A stretch of 64,000 nucleotides of DNA, taken from NCBI RefSeq assembly GCF_051251875.1, contig NZ_JBPOGL010000013.1, forward strand, positions 14,683-78,682. Reading direction: 5' to 3'. Position 1 is the first letter of the stretch. Each line of letters starts with the position of its first letter. Below, in pieces: positions 1-13,109 of this stretch. The notes below the pieces were generated by a model. It saw only the letters and a list, made by a program, of their open reading frames with translations, made no database searches and was not told where the DNA came from. A program made the position numbers and the translations under genes. The DNA comes from Polaribacter sp. (GTDB lineage Bacteria; Bacteroidota; Bacteroidia; Flavobacteriales; Flavobacteriaceae).

Positions 1-823
1 AGATTTTAAAATGAACATCATTTTCTAATTCTTCAAAAGAATTATATTTTACATCTATTCTACCATAATACCAACCCGGAATTGCATTGCTTAATGTATC
101 TAAAGTCTCTTCTAATTTTTTAGAGATAAGATGATTTCCAGAAATAAATTGTGTGCCTTTAGAGTGGTTTCCTATAACAGAAAGTGTGATAATTTCTTTG
201 TTTTTAGGAATATTATTTAATGTATTCTGATGAATTTCAGACAATATATCTATGTATAATTTTGCTCTAGTATCCTTTACAATTAAATCTTTTATACTAG
301 ATGTTCCATCACCTAAAACCGTTAAAAATTTTTTTAAAGTGATCGATGTTATTTTTCCCTTTTGTTGATTTGGATTTCTAACATAAAAAACACCACATTC
401 ATTTTTAAAATCTAAAAATTCTTGAATAATAATATCAATTGGGTAGTTTGTTAAATAGGCAATCAATTCGTTTTCAGAAGAAAGTTTTTCTACCAACAAG
501 CCTCTAAAACCAATATCTGGTTTCGCTATTAAAGGATACGAAATATTATTTTTTTTAAGTTGATAAAGTGTGTTTGTAATTTGTGTGTCTTTAGCGTGTA
601 AAACTGTTTTAGGCTTGTACTTTTCTGGAATTAATAGTATGGTATTGTATTTACTTTCGGTACCATTTCCGCTACTTTTAATTGCCGGGTTTGCAGCACT
701 AAAAAATGCTAAATGTTTAGCTTTTAAAGCCAAATACATAGCATACGGAATGTTAGGAATATAAAACAAAGACGATGGCCAGTATTCCCAATTTAAAGTT
801 TTATGTAAGCTTTTGTATCTCAA
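1..823 (-). CDS. ATP-grasp fold protein (D-Ala-D-Ala ligase-like, Bacteroidota type), partial; runs off the window start
   Basis: Missing from the ORF track. Manual minus-strand translation from TTG at 823 is open to base 1: LRYKSLHKTLNWEYWPS...AANP...YPLIAKPDIGFRG...IIQEF...GNHSKGTQF...YYGRIDVKY. These motifs are typical of this family. Confidence 0.75.
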   Translation of the reverse strand, partial: MRYKSLHKTLNWEYWPSSLFYIPNIPYAMYLALKAKHLAFFSAANPAIKSSGNGTESKYNTILLIPEKYKPKTVLHAKDTQITNTLYQLKKNNISYPLIAKPDIGFRGLLVEKLSSENELIAYLTNYPIDIIIQEFLDFKNECGVFYVRNPNQQKGKITSITLKKFLTVLGDGTSSIKDLIVKDTRAKLYIDILSEIHQNTLNNIPKNKEIITLSVIGNHSKGTQFISGNHLISKKLEETLDTLSNAIPGWYYGRIDVKYNSFEELENDVHFKI

Positions 824-829
824 TATATT

Positions 830-1072
830 TTATTTGGTAAAAAGTGCGTTTAAAAGTGTTTGAAAAGTTTTAAAAGCAAAATAGATTGTAAAAAGAATGA
901 GGAGTCCTCCAACAAAAATTAAAGCATAAGCAGCGTAGATTTTTGGGGCTTCGGTAAATTTTTTCAAAGCTTTAAATCCCATGGTTAACGTTATGGGCGC
1001 AGCAATAAAAAACAAAACTAATATACCTAAATACTTTAATCCTTTGCCTAATATTTTAACATCTGTACTCAT
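830..1072 (-). CDS. Small two-TM membrane protein (DUF6095-like)
   Basis: 80 aa with two hydrophobic segments, co-oriented with and just upstream of the ATP-grasp gene. Family name is from recall. Confidence 0.6.
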   Translation of the reverse strand: MSTDVKILGKGLKYLGILVLFFIAAPITLTMGFKALKKFTEAPKIYAAYALIFVGGLLILFTIYFAFKTFQTLLNALFTK

Positions 1073-1244
1073 GTTTATGGTTTTTAATTTGTAGAAAATA
1101 GTTGTCTAGCGTAAAAGAAATTGTGTTGTTCTAATGAATAATATTGATGGATGCATCAGAAACTGTTCTTAAAAACTTGCTGAATAATTCCTGTAAAAGA
1201 AATCATTCAAAAATACTGCTTTTCTTGCAAAGTTTTAAAAAGAG

Positions 1245-2075
1245 TTAGTTTTTATCAATTAAATTGATGGTAAAAGTGTCTGTTTCTGAAATGTGAAAAT
1301 ATCCTAAAGGAAAGTTATCTTCATTTGTTGTATTTGTCATGTTTCCTAATAATGATGAAGGTACACTCTGAAAAGGACCACCAGAATTTTGACCACTTTG
1401 ATTAATTAAAACTTCAAAATAGGTGTAAAACTCTTTTGTAATTCCAGACATTTTTATGTTTACTGTTTCGGGTAATTCTATATCATCTTCAGTGTAAAAA
1501 AATGAAAAATTATATTCAGAACCATTAAAATAACGATCATCTATGGATAGAAATAAATTTTTATCAAAATTAAATAAATAATAATTTTCAATTATAGGAG
1601 CGTCTTTAAATGTAACTTTTAATTCGGTTTCTTTTCCAGAGAATAGTGTTTCATCACCTTGTACAATACTTGTAAGTGGTGTTGATTTTATTTTGGTTGC
1701 TTTTCCTTTATAGGTTTCATTGTTATAGATTACAGTTAATTCGTATGCAAGATCATCTTCTGGAATAAAGGTGTTTGTTGGTAGGAAATTACCATCAGCA
1801 TTTGTATCAGAAAAAAGAATAACCGCGTTGTTTGATAGGTTTGTTAAAAATACTGTGGCATTAGAAACAGTTGGAATTTCTTCATCAAAATAATCTGCTG
1901 ATAACCTTAGTTTCACAACCGTATTTGCTACTATCGGATTTTGGTCAAAAAGTATTTCAAAAGTAGCATCAATAATTAATTTTGGCGCTATTGATGGAAC
2001 ATCAACATCTATTACTTTTTCACAATTTGCAAAAAAGAATATGAATAAAACGATAATAATTTTTATATTTTTCAT
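1245..2075 (-). CDS. DUF4249-family lipoprotein, partner of the TonB-dependent receptor
   Basis: Signal peptide with lipobox FANC|EKVIDV and C-terminal N..PLGYF motif; lies directly downstream of the TBDR. Confidence 0.8.
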   Translation of the reverse strand: MKNIKIIIVLFIFFFANCEKVIDVDVPSIAPKLIIDATFEILFDQNPIVANTVVKLRLSADYFDEEIPTVSNATVFLTNLSNNAVILFSDTNADGNFLPTNTFIPEDDLAYELTVIYNNETYKGKATKIKSTPLTSIVQGDETLFSGKETELKVTFKDAPIIENYYLFNFDKNLFLSIDDRYFNGSEYNFSFFYTEDDIELPETVNIKMSGITKEFYTYFEVLINQSGQNSGGPFQSVPSSLLGNMTNTTNEDNFPLGYFHISETDTFTINLIDKN

Positions 2076-2112
2076 TATTTATTTTTTATCAGCAAGAGAC
2101 TTAAATCCCTTG

Positions 2113-4491
2113 TTAGAATTTAAAATTATAAGTAACGGAAGGTACTAAACCAAAAATAGAAGTTTGTATTGCTTCATTTTTATAGGTTTCTCTATTTTGT
2201 GTGAAATTTATAGAGGCGGCATTTTGCCTTCCGTAGGCATTGTAAATACCAAACACCCATTCTCCTTGCCATTTTCTATTTTTGTTCTTTTCTGGAGTTA
2301 ATGTTGTAGAGATATCTAACCGATGATAAGAAGGTAATCTATCTGCATTTCTTCTATTATCTGCATAAATTGGCACATTTAAACCTTCAAATTCATATTG
2401 TCCTATTGGGTAATTTGTTGGTTGTCCTGTTTGAAAAACGAAATTAGCATTGAATTTCCATTTTTTATTCAACTCATAACTTGCATTGATAGAAAAATCA
2501 TGGGTTTTATCAAACGCTGTATTGTACCACTCACTGTTATTTATTCCTGGTTCATTTGGGGTTCTACCTTCGGTTAATTGTTCTGATTTTGATAAGGTGT
2601 AGGCGAGCCAACCTTTTAATTTTCCTGTATTTTTTTTAAGTAGTAATTCTAAACCATAGGCTCTTGCTTTTCCGTTTAAAATTACAGTTTCAATTTCATT
2701 ATTTGCAATTAAATTGGCGCCGTTTATATAGTCTATTCTGTTTTGAATTTTTTTGTAAAATACTTCAGTTTCTATAGAGTAATCGCCTTCTTTTAAAGAT
2801 TTAAAATAACCAACAGCAAACTGATCTAATAATTGGGGTTTGATGTATTTGCCACTAGGTGTCCATACGTCTAAAGGAGTAGGGGAAGCGGTGTTAGATA
2901 ATAAGTGTAAATACTGTGCCATTCTATTATAACTGGCTTTTATAGAAGTGGTATTGTCTAGTGTATAAGACATAGAAACTCTGGGTTCAAAGTTGTTAAA
3001 ATTAGTAATAACATCGCTTCTTTTAAAAGTTTCTGTATCAATTGCTTCCCCAGATTCATATTTTTTGAATTCTTCATTGTAAATTACAGCTTCATCATTG
3101 GCGTAGCTATTTAATTCATCTTGTCCTAATCTTGTAAAGTTGCTAAAGCGAATGCCATATTGTAATCTTAGTTTGTTATTTAATTTATGTTCTGCGTCTA
3201 TATAAGCGGCAAACTCGTTGGCATATTTGTCAATTAATTTTTCAGCAACAATTCCAGAATCTTCTCTGTTAGGAACAATTTCTCCTGGATTAAATTTTAT
3301 GTAGATATTGTTAATACCATAACTTAATTTAAATTTATTGTTGATGTAATTCTTAAAATCATATTTAAGGTTGAAATTGGTTATTCCAGAATTCCATTCA
3401 AAGCCAACAAAATCTAAGGTTAATCCATAAAAATAATCAGAATAAATAATGGATAAGTTTGAGAATAGTTTATCAGAAAACAAATGATTCCAACGTAAAT
3501 TACCAACGGTATTGCCGTAAGTGTTTACAAAATTATCACTGATACCAAAGACGTCTTTACCAAAATATCCAGAAAAGAAAATACTGTTTCTGTTGTTAAT
3601 TCTAAAATTTACTTTTGTGTTTAAATCGTAAAAATAGGCTTTGTTATCATTGTCAAAAAGTGGTAAAAATAAATGAGCATAAGAAGATCTACCGCCCACT
3701 AAAAACGAAATTTTTTCTTTCTTAATAGGGCCTTCAATTAATAATCTAGAGGAAACCAAGCCAACACCTCCAGTAATATTAAAATCTTTACTGTTTCCTT
3801 CTTTTTGGTAAATGTCTAAAACGGAAGACAATCTACCTCCGTATTTCGCGGGAATTCCTCCTTTGTATAGTTTTACATCTTTTATCACATCTGGATTAAA
3901 AACAGAGAAAAAACCAAATAAATGCGACGAATTAAAGACAATGGCTTCATCTAATAAAATTAAATTTTGATCGGCAGCGCCGCCTCTAACATTAAATCCA
4001 GAAGCTCCTTCACCAGCACTGGTAACTCCTGGTAATAAGATTAAAGATTTAATGATGTCTGCTTCTCCTAATACAACGGGTATTTGTTTAATGGTTGTTG
4101 ATGTTAGTTTGTTTACACTCATTTGTGGTGTTCTAACATTTAAGTTTTCTATATTACTTTCTATAACAATTTCATCCAAACGTTCAGTTTCTTCAGACAT
4201 TTTGAAGTTTTTAGTTTGTTTTTCTGTAAGATTAATGGTTTCAATAATAGAAGAATAGCCCAAATAGCTTATTTCTATTTTATAGGTGCCTTCTGGAATT
4301 GTAAGAGAATAGAAGCCGTATTCATTGGTAGTAGTTCCTGAGTTTAAACTAGGGAAGTAGACAGAAACTCCAATTAAAGTTTCATTGTTGCTTTCATCAT
4401 AAATGGTACCACTAATGGTGTTTTTTTCTTGAGAGAATACAGTTAAACTGAACAAAAATAGCAAAAAGAACAATTTTTTGAAACGACACAT
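2113..4491 (-). CDS. TonB-dependent outer membrane receptor with N-terminal carboxypeptidase-regulatory-like domain
   Basis: Signal peptide, ETLIGVS/TNEYGFYSL N-domain, plug motif LLPGV...GFNVRGG..DQNLILLD, C-terminal YNFKF. Confidence 0.92.
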   Translation of the reverse strand: MCRFKKLFFLLFLFSLTVFSQEKNTISGTIYDESNNETLIGVSVYFPSLNSGTTTNEYGFYSLTIPEGTYKIEISYLGYSSIIETINLTEKQTKNFKMSEETERLDEIVIESNIENLNVRTPQMSVNKLTSTTIKQIPVVLGEADIIKSLILLPGVTSAGEGASGFNVRGGAADQNLILLDEAIVFNSSHLFGFFSVFNPDVIKDVKLYKGGIPAKYGGRLSSVLDIYQKEGNSKDFNITGGVGLVSSRLLIEGPIKKEKISFLVGGRSSYAHLFLPLFDNDNKAYFYDLNTKVNFRINNRNSIFFSGYFGKDVFGISDNFVNTYGNTVGNLRWNHLFSDKLFSNLSIIYSDYFYGLTLDFVGFEWNSGITNFNLKYDFKNYINNKFKLSYGINNIYIKFNPGEIVPNREDSGIVAEKLIDKYANEFAAYIDAEHKLNNKLRLQYGIRFSNFTRLGQDELNSYANDEAVIYNEEFKKYESGEAIDTETFKRSDVITNFNNFEPRVSMSYTLDNTTSIKASYNRMAQYLHLLSNTASPTPLDVWTPSGKYIKPQLLDQFAVGYFKSLKEGDYSIETEVFYKKIQNRIDYINGANLIANNEIETVILNGKARAYGLELLLKKNTGKLKGWLAYTLSKSEQLTEGRTPNEPGINNSEWYNTAFDKTHDFSINASYELNKKWKFNANFVFQTGQPTNYPIGQYEFEGLNVPIYADNRRNADRLPSYHRLDISTTLTPEKNKNRKWQGEWVFGIYNAYGRQNAASINFTQNRETYKNEAIQTSIFGLVPSVTYNFKF

Positions 4492-4586
4492 TTTGTTTAA
4501 TGATTAAGTTGATAATATAAACAAAAATACAATACTTAATTTTAATGCAATGTTAATCAATAGTTTTTTATGTGTTAATTGAAAAC

Positions 4587-4622
4587 AAAAAAAAAGTCGA
4601 TGTTTACCACCGACTTTTTTTT
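4587..4622 (-). terminator. Intrinsic terminator after icd
   Basis: AAAAAAGTCG-N11-CGACTTTTTT stem just downstream of the icd stop. Confidence 0.7.
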
Positions 4623-4648
4623 AATAATAATAAGTATTTTTTAAAGAA

Positions 4649-6949
<2,301 letters not shown>

Positions 6950-7514
6950 TTAAAAATTACAATTTTATTGATTAATTATTATTAATTATATTGCTTTGTT
7001 GTGAATGTAATAATAAAAAATATGAATTGATAGGAATATGGTTTTTTGTAAAAATAAAAGCCATATCATACAATTTCTTGCAGTGATATGGCTTCTTTGA
7101 AATAGTGTTATCGTACTGAATTACATTGCTGCAAGTTCAAATAAAAGTTTCCTTTTATATTTCTTTTTTTACAAAGAAATTATTTATTACTACTTCGGTT
7201 TTTGAAACATCCTTAATTATAAATAAGCCTAAACTTTTTCAAATTTTTATTAATGTTTCGGTTGTTGTCATTAAAATGGAACATTTTCAGATCTGTTAAT
7301 TATTTTCATAATTGTACAGGTTTCACTTAAAATTTCGATTTAGTTTTTCAAATAAAAAGCTATTTTAATTTGTTGTATTTAATAAACAATAAGTTAATGA
7401 ACGATAATTTTAGTAATTATGATATAAAGATAGTATTATTTTACGAATATGCAAATATTTATAGGTGATAATTATTAACATTGTATGAACTGTACTTGTA
7501 AACAATTGTTAACT

Positions 7515-7548
7515 AAAAAAGCGCTGTGATAAAATCACAACGCTTTTT
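7515..7548 (-). terminator. Intrinsic terminator after rplS
   Basis: AAAAAGCGCTGTGAT / ATCACAACGCTTTTT near-perfect stem about 22 nt past the rplS stop. Confidence 0.7.
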
Positions 7549-7570
7549 AGATACTTTTATGTAAAAGAAA

Positions 7571-7921
7571 TTATCTTCTTTTTTCAGTAATTCTAGCTTT
7601 TTTACCAGTAAGACCTCTAAAGTAGAAAATACGCGCTCTACGTACTTTACCTCTTTTATTAACTTCAATTTTTTGAATAGAAGGTAAGTTAACAGGAAAA
7701 ATTCTTTCTACTCCAACAGTACCAGACATTTTTCTGATAGTAAAAGTTTCTGAAGTTCCGCTTCCTTTACGTTGAATAACTACACCTCTAAAAAACTGAG
7801 TACGTACTTTTTCACCCTCTTTAATTTCGTAATACACAGTAATTGTATCACCTGCAGCAAATTCTGCATATTCTTTTTTTGGTACAAATTCGTCTTGTAC
7901 AAATTTTAATAAAGCTTCCAT
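7571..7921 (-). CDS. rplS: 50S ribosomal protein L19 (start corrected to ATG 7921)
   Basis: [25 protein letters not shown]...[19 protein letters not shown]...[12 protein letters not shown]. Confidence 0.98.
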   Translation of the reverse strand: MEALLKFVQDEFVPKKEYAEFAAGDTITVYYEIKEGEKVRTQFFRGVVIQRKGSGTSETFTIRKMSGTVGVERIFPVNLPSIQKIEVNKRGKVRRARIFYFRGLTGKKARITEKRR

Positions 7922-7990
7922 ATTTATATGTTTATGGTTTTTGTAAATCAACTTTCACGATTTCTTCGTCAGAGGTTAATTTAGCGCTTG

Positions 7991-7998
7991 CAAAAGTA
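7991..7998 (-). promoter_or_regulatory. -7 promoter element for rplS
   Basis: TACTTTTG on the minus strand 70 nt upstream of the ATG. Confidence 0.55.
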
Positions 7999-8165
7999 AT
8001 AATTATTTTTTGTTGATAAAACTAAAATTAATTATTTTTTATTTTAATTGTTTTGTGAGTAAAAAACGAAGCACCAGGTAGTTTCTGAATATTTATTAAA
8101 ATAAATACCTTAGTTTTTTTTATGAATATAATGAGCGACTCTGTTTTGTGTAAAAATTTACAATG

Positions 8166-8843
8166 TTATTCATCAAGTAAGTCTGGTCTTATTTGTTGAG
8201 TTCTTTTGTAAGCTTGGTTGCTTCGCCAATCATCAATTTTTGGAAAATTACCAGATAATAATATTTCCGGAACCTTTGTGCCTTCAAACTCAGCAGGTCT
8301 GGTATAAACAGGTGGTGATAATAAATTATCTTGAAAAGAATCTGTGAGCGCAGATTGTTCGTCTCCAATTACACCAGGAATTAAACGTACAACAGCATCT
8401 ACTAAAACAGCTGCAGCTAATTCGCCGCCAGTTAAAACATAATCGCCTATAGATATTTCTTTGGTGATAAAAAGATCTCGTATCCGTTGATCTACACCTT
8501 TATAATGTCCTGTTAAAATTAAGATGTTTTCTTTTAAAGAAAGGGTGTTTGCTGTAGATTGATTTAGCGTTTTAGCATCTGGCGTCATGTAAATGATTTC
8601 ATCATATTGACGTTCAGATTGTAATTTTCGTATGCAATTTGCAATAGGTTCTATCATTAAAACCATACCAGCGCCTCCGCCAAATTGAGTGTCGTCTATT
8701 TGTCTGTAGTTGCCCAAACCAAAGAGGCGTAAATCGTGTAAATAAATTTCTGCTAGTCCTTTATTTTGAGCACGCTTTATGATGGAGTGTTCAAATGGAC
8801 TTTTTAGTAATTCTGGAGAAACAGTAATGATATCTATGCGCAT
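8166..8843 (-). CDS. trmD: tRNA (guanine37-N1)-methyltransferase
   Basis: [45 protein letters not shown]; next to rplS. Confidence 0.98.
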   Translation of the reverse strand: MRIDIITVSPELLKSPFEHSIIKRAQNKGLAEIYLHDLRLFGLGNYRQIDDTQFGGGAGMVLMIEPIANCIRKLQSERQYDEIIYMTPDAKTLNQSTANTLSLKENILILTGHYKGVDQRIRDLFITKEISIGDYVLTGGELAAAVLVDAVVRLIPGVIGDEQSALTDSFQDNLLSPPVYTRPAEFEGTKVPEILLSGNFPKIDDWRSNQAYKRTQQIRPDLLDE

Positions 8844-8848
8844 GCTTG

Positions 8849-8856
8849 CAAAAGTA
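8849..8856 (-). promoter_or_regulatory. -7 promoter element immediately upstream of trmD
   Basis: TACTTTTG ends 5 nt before the ATG. Confidence 0.5.
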
Positions 8857-9077
8857 CAAGAATTTAAAATCTTATTCGGAATATTTTATACACTTTGTTA
8901 AAGGTAATAGTGGATTATTTTTTTTTGAGTTTTTGCTACTAAGAAAATATATTAGCATGTAATTAAAGTAGGTGTTTTAGTGTTTTTTACATTAAAAAGT
9001 GATAAATTGTTGTATCAATAATACTATTAAAAATACAATGTATTCAGGGCTTTTTTTAATAATTTAATACTTACACC

Positions 9078-9521
9078 ATGGCAAAAATTTTATCAGTAAA
9101 ATTAGTTTCAATTCCAGAAGTTATTATTGTGAATGATAGTAACAACGATTTTACAATTGATGCAAAAATAGAATTCCATGAATTAGACCTACAATTAAAG
9201 ATGGAATATTGTTTGCATTTATTTGTATATGAAGTTCATGGGCAATTAGACGCACCACTTATTGTTTCTAACTGGGATGAGAGTAGGGTAGTGTCCATTT
9301 CGCAAGATAGAAAAGATGAGTATTTAGGCAGAGAAACAAAAATGATTGTGGCTACATTAAAAAAGCAATCGTATGAGATTCCTATGAGCTTAAATCTGGG
9401 TAAATTAACAAATAGAAGTTCTCATTTTTCAAAGAAAATAGAAGTGTTTGCTACAATGACGCCCGCTATTGGTAGAGCTTCTAAATGGTCTCTTCCTTTT
9501 GAGTCAAAAATTGTATTTTAA
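9078..9521 (+). CDS. Hypothetical protein (147 aa)
   Basis: Clean ORF with an A-rich leader; no motif recognised. Confidence 0.7.
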   Translation: MAKILSVKLVSIPEVIIVNDSNNDFTIDAKIEFHELDLQLKMEYCLHLFVYEVHGQLDAPLIVSNWDESRVVSISQDRKDEYLGRETKMIVATLKKQSYEIPMSLNLGKLTNRSSHFSKKIEVFATMTPAIGRASKWSLPFESKIVF

Positions 9522-10059
9522 TGTATTTATCAACATAAAGAAAACAATAATACTTTAAAGAGTAGGTGTTTGGTGTGTTTTGTTGATGATAAATTAAAAG
9601 TGAATTATAATTCAGTTTTTTAAAACAATATTGGTATACATACTATTAACAGTTTGTATTAATGGTTCAGAAGCTAATTTTTTTAATAGTTACGTGAAAT
9701 TGTTAATTTAAAATGAACAAACAAAGAGTTTCTGTGCGAAGTTTCTTTAAAAAGAACAGATATTTTAAGTATTTTTGAAGTATTGGCAAAAGTTGCTTTG
9801 TAAATTTTATTAATTGAATACTAATTTTAAAAATCGCTATTTCATTCATTATTTAATAACCGCAGCATGGTAACTATAGTAATAAAGTATGAGTTTTTGT
9901 GAGGTCATTTTTAAAATAATGAACAGATTTTATGAATGTTGATTTTTTTATTAAGTTTCCTTTATTCTGGTTTAAAGATAAGAAATATACCAAAGAATTA
10001 GCAGCTATTATAAATAGTGTAGGCACTTATTGCAAGACAACTAATACATTTAAAAATAC

Positions 10060-12402
10060 ATGAATACAGTAACCAAGGTAGCTATTCAAAAAAATATCTT
10101 AAAAACGTTTCAAGAAGATCTACAAACGTATACTAAAAAATTAGATACAATACATAATAGAATAGAGCTTAAGTCATATATAGCGCATGAATTTAAAGCA
10201 TTTATAGAATGCTTTATAGTGTTTGGTGATGAAATAAGTACAACATCTTCTAATGCAAATGATATATATATGGTAAACTATGTATTGTCAGAAGGTTTTA
10301 AAATTGTTGCGCTATTACACAGAGATGTTTTTTTGGAATTAAACAAGGTTTCAATTTCAAATCAGGAAAATCAATTAACGGAAAATCAAATCTATAATCA
10401 TTATACAAGTTCTAAGACTATTTTAGAAAAAAAATTAGTAGATTTTAACAATCTAATCGTATTAGATAAGAACGCTACCAACAATACGAACGCTGTTTAT
10501 AAAAAAAATGCCCAAAAAATATCCTTACAAAAAAATCCTTGGGATATTTACAAATCTCAATATAAAACTATAATTAATCAGTTAAAAGAAATTGATATAC
10601 AAAAAGTATTGGCATTTGAAACTATTGTTACTTTTAATAACCTAAAACAAGTGGTAATAGATATTACAACCAATCATAACCTATTGGTGAATGAGATGGA
10701 AAAAATAGAAAACCATATTTTTAATAATACAAAAGATAGTTTAGATCATGATAGACTTTATACTTATGTTGATGAGCAATTGGCTGTAAAAACTACTATA
10801 GAAAATAAACATTTTACTTTTTCAGAGACCGTTAATAATCAAATTAATCAACTACAAAAATTAGCAATACCCATTAGCGCAAAAGGTGGTTTGTTGTCTG
10901 TTAGAGAAATAGAACTCAAAAAAATAACTCAAAAATGGTTTGATTATCAAATTCTGCCAGAATTTATGGATTTAGTAAACATAGAAACTAGCTTAATTAG
11001 TAAATTTAATCTTAGTCTGCTAAACCTTAAGAATAGTTTACAGTATTCAAAAGAGAAACAAGAAGATGTTAAAATTGATACTATTTTAAGTACATTATCT
11101 CATCTAAAAGAAGACGTAAAAAAGATTAAGGAAAGTGGTAAAATTATTTCTCAATCACTAATTAATAAAGTAAATACGAAACTTTTAGTTACCCACTTAA
11201 TTCAAGGGAAAGATTTTCTTGATGTTACTTTAAATTCTTCTTTACATATTGAGCGCAATTCCATTATAAAGAAAATAAAGGATGTTTTTAAAGAAAGAAC
11301 GTTGTATTTTAATTCGCAATATAAAAAGTCTTTGCAATATGAAGCGCTATCAAATATGGAGCTTTCTACCCAGTGTATATCGCATAGAATGTTTCAGAAT
11401 AAAAACACGCATTATGATTCTTTATTTCTAAACAAGCAGTTTATTGGAGATTTGTTTTTAATTCCTAGAAAAAGTCAAGAACATAAAATGAAACAAATTG
11501 TAGCTCATTGGAATGAAGGGTTTCATAAATCTGTTTTAATTACAGGAGACAGATTAAGTGGTAGAAGCACTTTTTTAGATTATTGTGCAAAGAAATTTTT
11601 TGGAAAAGATATTGTTGTGTTACAACCAAATAGTGATGCAACTATTGATGGTAGAAAATTTAATACAACAAATGATTTAAAAGAGGCGCTTCTTTATATA
11701 AAAAATAATAATGGAAAAAGCACAAGACCTATTATTCTTATTGATGATTTAGAGTTGTGGAGAGATGATAAATTTAGTTTTTTGTACAATATAAAAGCAT
11801 TGGTAAACTTTATTGAAACAACTTCTGATGAAACATTTGTGATGGCTTCTACAACAAACATAATGCTAGATCATTTAAACAATCGTATGAATTTTTCTGA
11901 TGCTTTTAGTCGTGTAATTAATATAAATGAGGCTGATGAAGATGAAATAATAAACGCAATTTTATTACGTCATGGCGCTGCACATAGAGATTTATTTTCT
12001 GAAGATTTAGAAGTTATTTCAGAAAATAAAATTCGTAGACTTTCGCTTAAATTGTGTAAGAATAACGCGTATAATTTTGGGAACACGCTTCAATCTTGGA
12101 CCTTTCATACCTCTGTACAAGACGATGAAAAAGTGGTGTTCAAAGAATCTTTTTATGAATTTTTAGATTTTTTCACAGCACAAGAGATTATCATTCTTAA
12201 ACAAGTTTTAGTTTTTAAATTTATTTCTGAATTTAGTATTAAAAACGTAACAACTACGTCTTTTGATGCAGAATTTAAATCTGCATTAAGGCGTTTGGTA
12301 AATGTGAAAGTATTGTTGAGAGATTTAAACGGTAGTTTGTACTTAAACCCAGTTGTTGTAAACGATGTTGCAAGAATTGTAAATAACAAAATTAACACTT
12401 AA
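10060..12402 (+). CDS. Large helical protein with C-terminal degenerate P-loop NTPase domain
   Basis: ITGDRLSGRST (Walker A with K to R), IILIDDLE (Walker B), helical N-terminal half, possible C-terminal wHTH. Confidence 0.7.
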   Translation: MNTVTKVAIQKNILKTFQEDLQTYTKKLDTIHNRIELKSYIAHEFKAFIECFIVFGDEISTTSSNANDIYMVNYVLSEGFKIVALLHRDVFLELNKVSISNQENQLTENQIYNHYTSSKTILEKKLVDFNNLIVLDKNATNNTNAVYKKNAQKISLQKNPWDIYKSQYKTIINQLKEIDIQKVLAFETIVTFNNLKQVVIDITTNHNLLVNEMEKIENHIFNNTKDSLDHDRLYTYVDEQLAVKTTIENKHFTFSETVNNQINQLQKLAIPISAKGGLLSVREIELKKITQKWFDYQILPEFMDLVNIETSLISKFNLSLLNLKNSLQYSKEKQEDVKIDTILSTLSHLKEDVKKIKESGKIISQSLINKVNTKLLVTHLIQGKDFLDVTLNSSLHIERNSIIKKIKDVFKERTLYFNSQYKKSLQYEALSNMELSTQCISHRMFQNKNTHYDSLFLNKQFIGDLFLIPRKSQEHKMKQIVAHWNEGFHKSVLITGDRLSGRSTFLDYCAKKFFGKDIVVLQPNSDATIDGRKFNTTNDLKEALLYIKNNNGKSTRPIILIDDLELWRDDKFSFLYNIKALVNFIETTSDETFVMASTTNIMLDHLNNRMNFSDAFSRVININEADEDEIINAILLRHGAAHRDLFSEDLEVISENKIRRLSLKLCKNNAYNFGNTLQSWTFHTSVQDDEKVVFKESFYEFLDFFTAQEIIILKQVLVFKFISEFSIKNVTTTSFDAEFKSALRRLVNVKVLLRDLNGSLYLNPVVVNDVARIVNNKINT

Positions 12403-12405
12403 TTT

Positions 12406-13104
12406 ATGGATACTAATATCACATGGTTTAACTTTTTTACTGTTATTGCTACGTTAATTGCCTTGTACGTTTTTTTAATAATAGTGTTGCGATTTCTTCC
12501 TCAGATTTTCAAAAGAAATTCAGTAATTCATAAAGTTAGTCTAGTCTTAAATAAGATTATTGAAATATATAAACCTTCTGCTGTATTGTTTATATTGTTG
12601 AGTTTTGTAAGTATAGATTATAAGATTCATGGTGTTCTTTTCTTGCTTTTTTTAGTGATTACTTTTTCATATATAAAACGCTATCTACATGGTGTTTTGT
12701 TTAAAATAAATCCGTTAGTAAATATTGGATCTAACATTTCTACAGGTGAGTTTAAAGGTGATATTAGTAAATTTTTACATTTTGGACTTATTATAAATGA
12801 AGTAGAAGGAAATAGATTTATCAATTATTCATTTATAGATAAAAATGGTTTTAGTATTAATCAGAATGATATTGCTTCCGTTAGAAGAACAATTTATATT
12901 TATGAACAAGATAAAAGCTCACCAATTCTAGACCTGCTTTTTGAAAATCCGAATATAGATTTTAAGAACAAACCTATTATAAAAAAGATTCCTAATGAAA
13001 AAACGCTTCAACTTCAAGTTGCCTTAGAAAACGGAGCTAAAATGGAATCTCTTCTTGCATATTTAAATAAAAATAATATTAAAACTAGTTCAACAAAAAT
13101 TTAA
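12406..13104 (+). CDS. Membrane protein, MscS-like (3 TM plus beta domain)
   Basis: Three hydrophobic segments then IGSNISTGEFKGDISKFLHFGLII, resembling the MscS beta domain; 3 nt after the ATPase gene. Confidence 0.55.
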   Translation: MDTNITWFNFFTVIATLIALYVFLIIVLRFLPQIFKRNSVIHKVSLVLNKIIEIYKPSAVLFILLSFVSIDYKIHGVLFLLFLVITFSYIKRYLHGVLFKINPLVNIGSNISTGEFKGDISKFLHFGLIINEVEGNRFINYSFIDKNGFSINQNDIASVRRTIYIYEQDKSSPILDLLFENPNIDFKNKPIIKKIPNEKTLQLQVALENGAKMESLLAYLNKNNIKTSSTKI

Positions 13105-13109
13105 GGAAT

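Noticed and set aside
570-764. 64-aa + strand ORF
   Set aside because: Antisense to the ATP-grasp gene, which is clearly coding on the minus strand.
7058-7330. Hairpin (AGCCATATCA/TGATATGGCT) and a possible relic of a T9SS C-terminal domain on the minus strand
   Set aside because: The fragment (KSLGLFIIK...FFVKK) is too short and broken to support; the hairpin has no clear gene to terminate.
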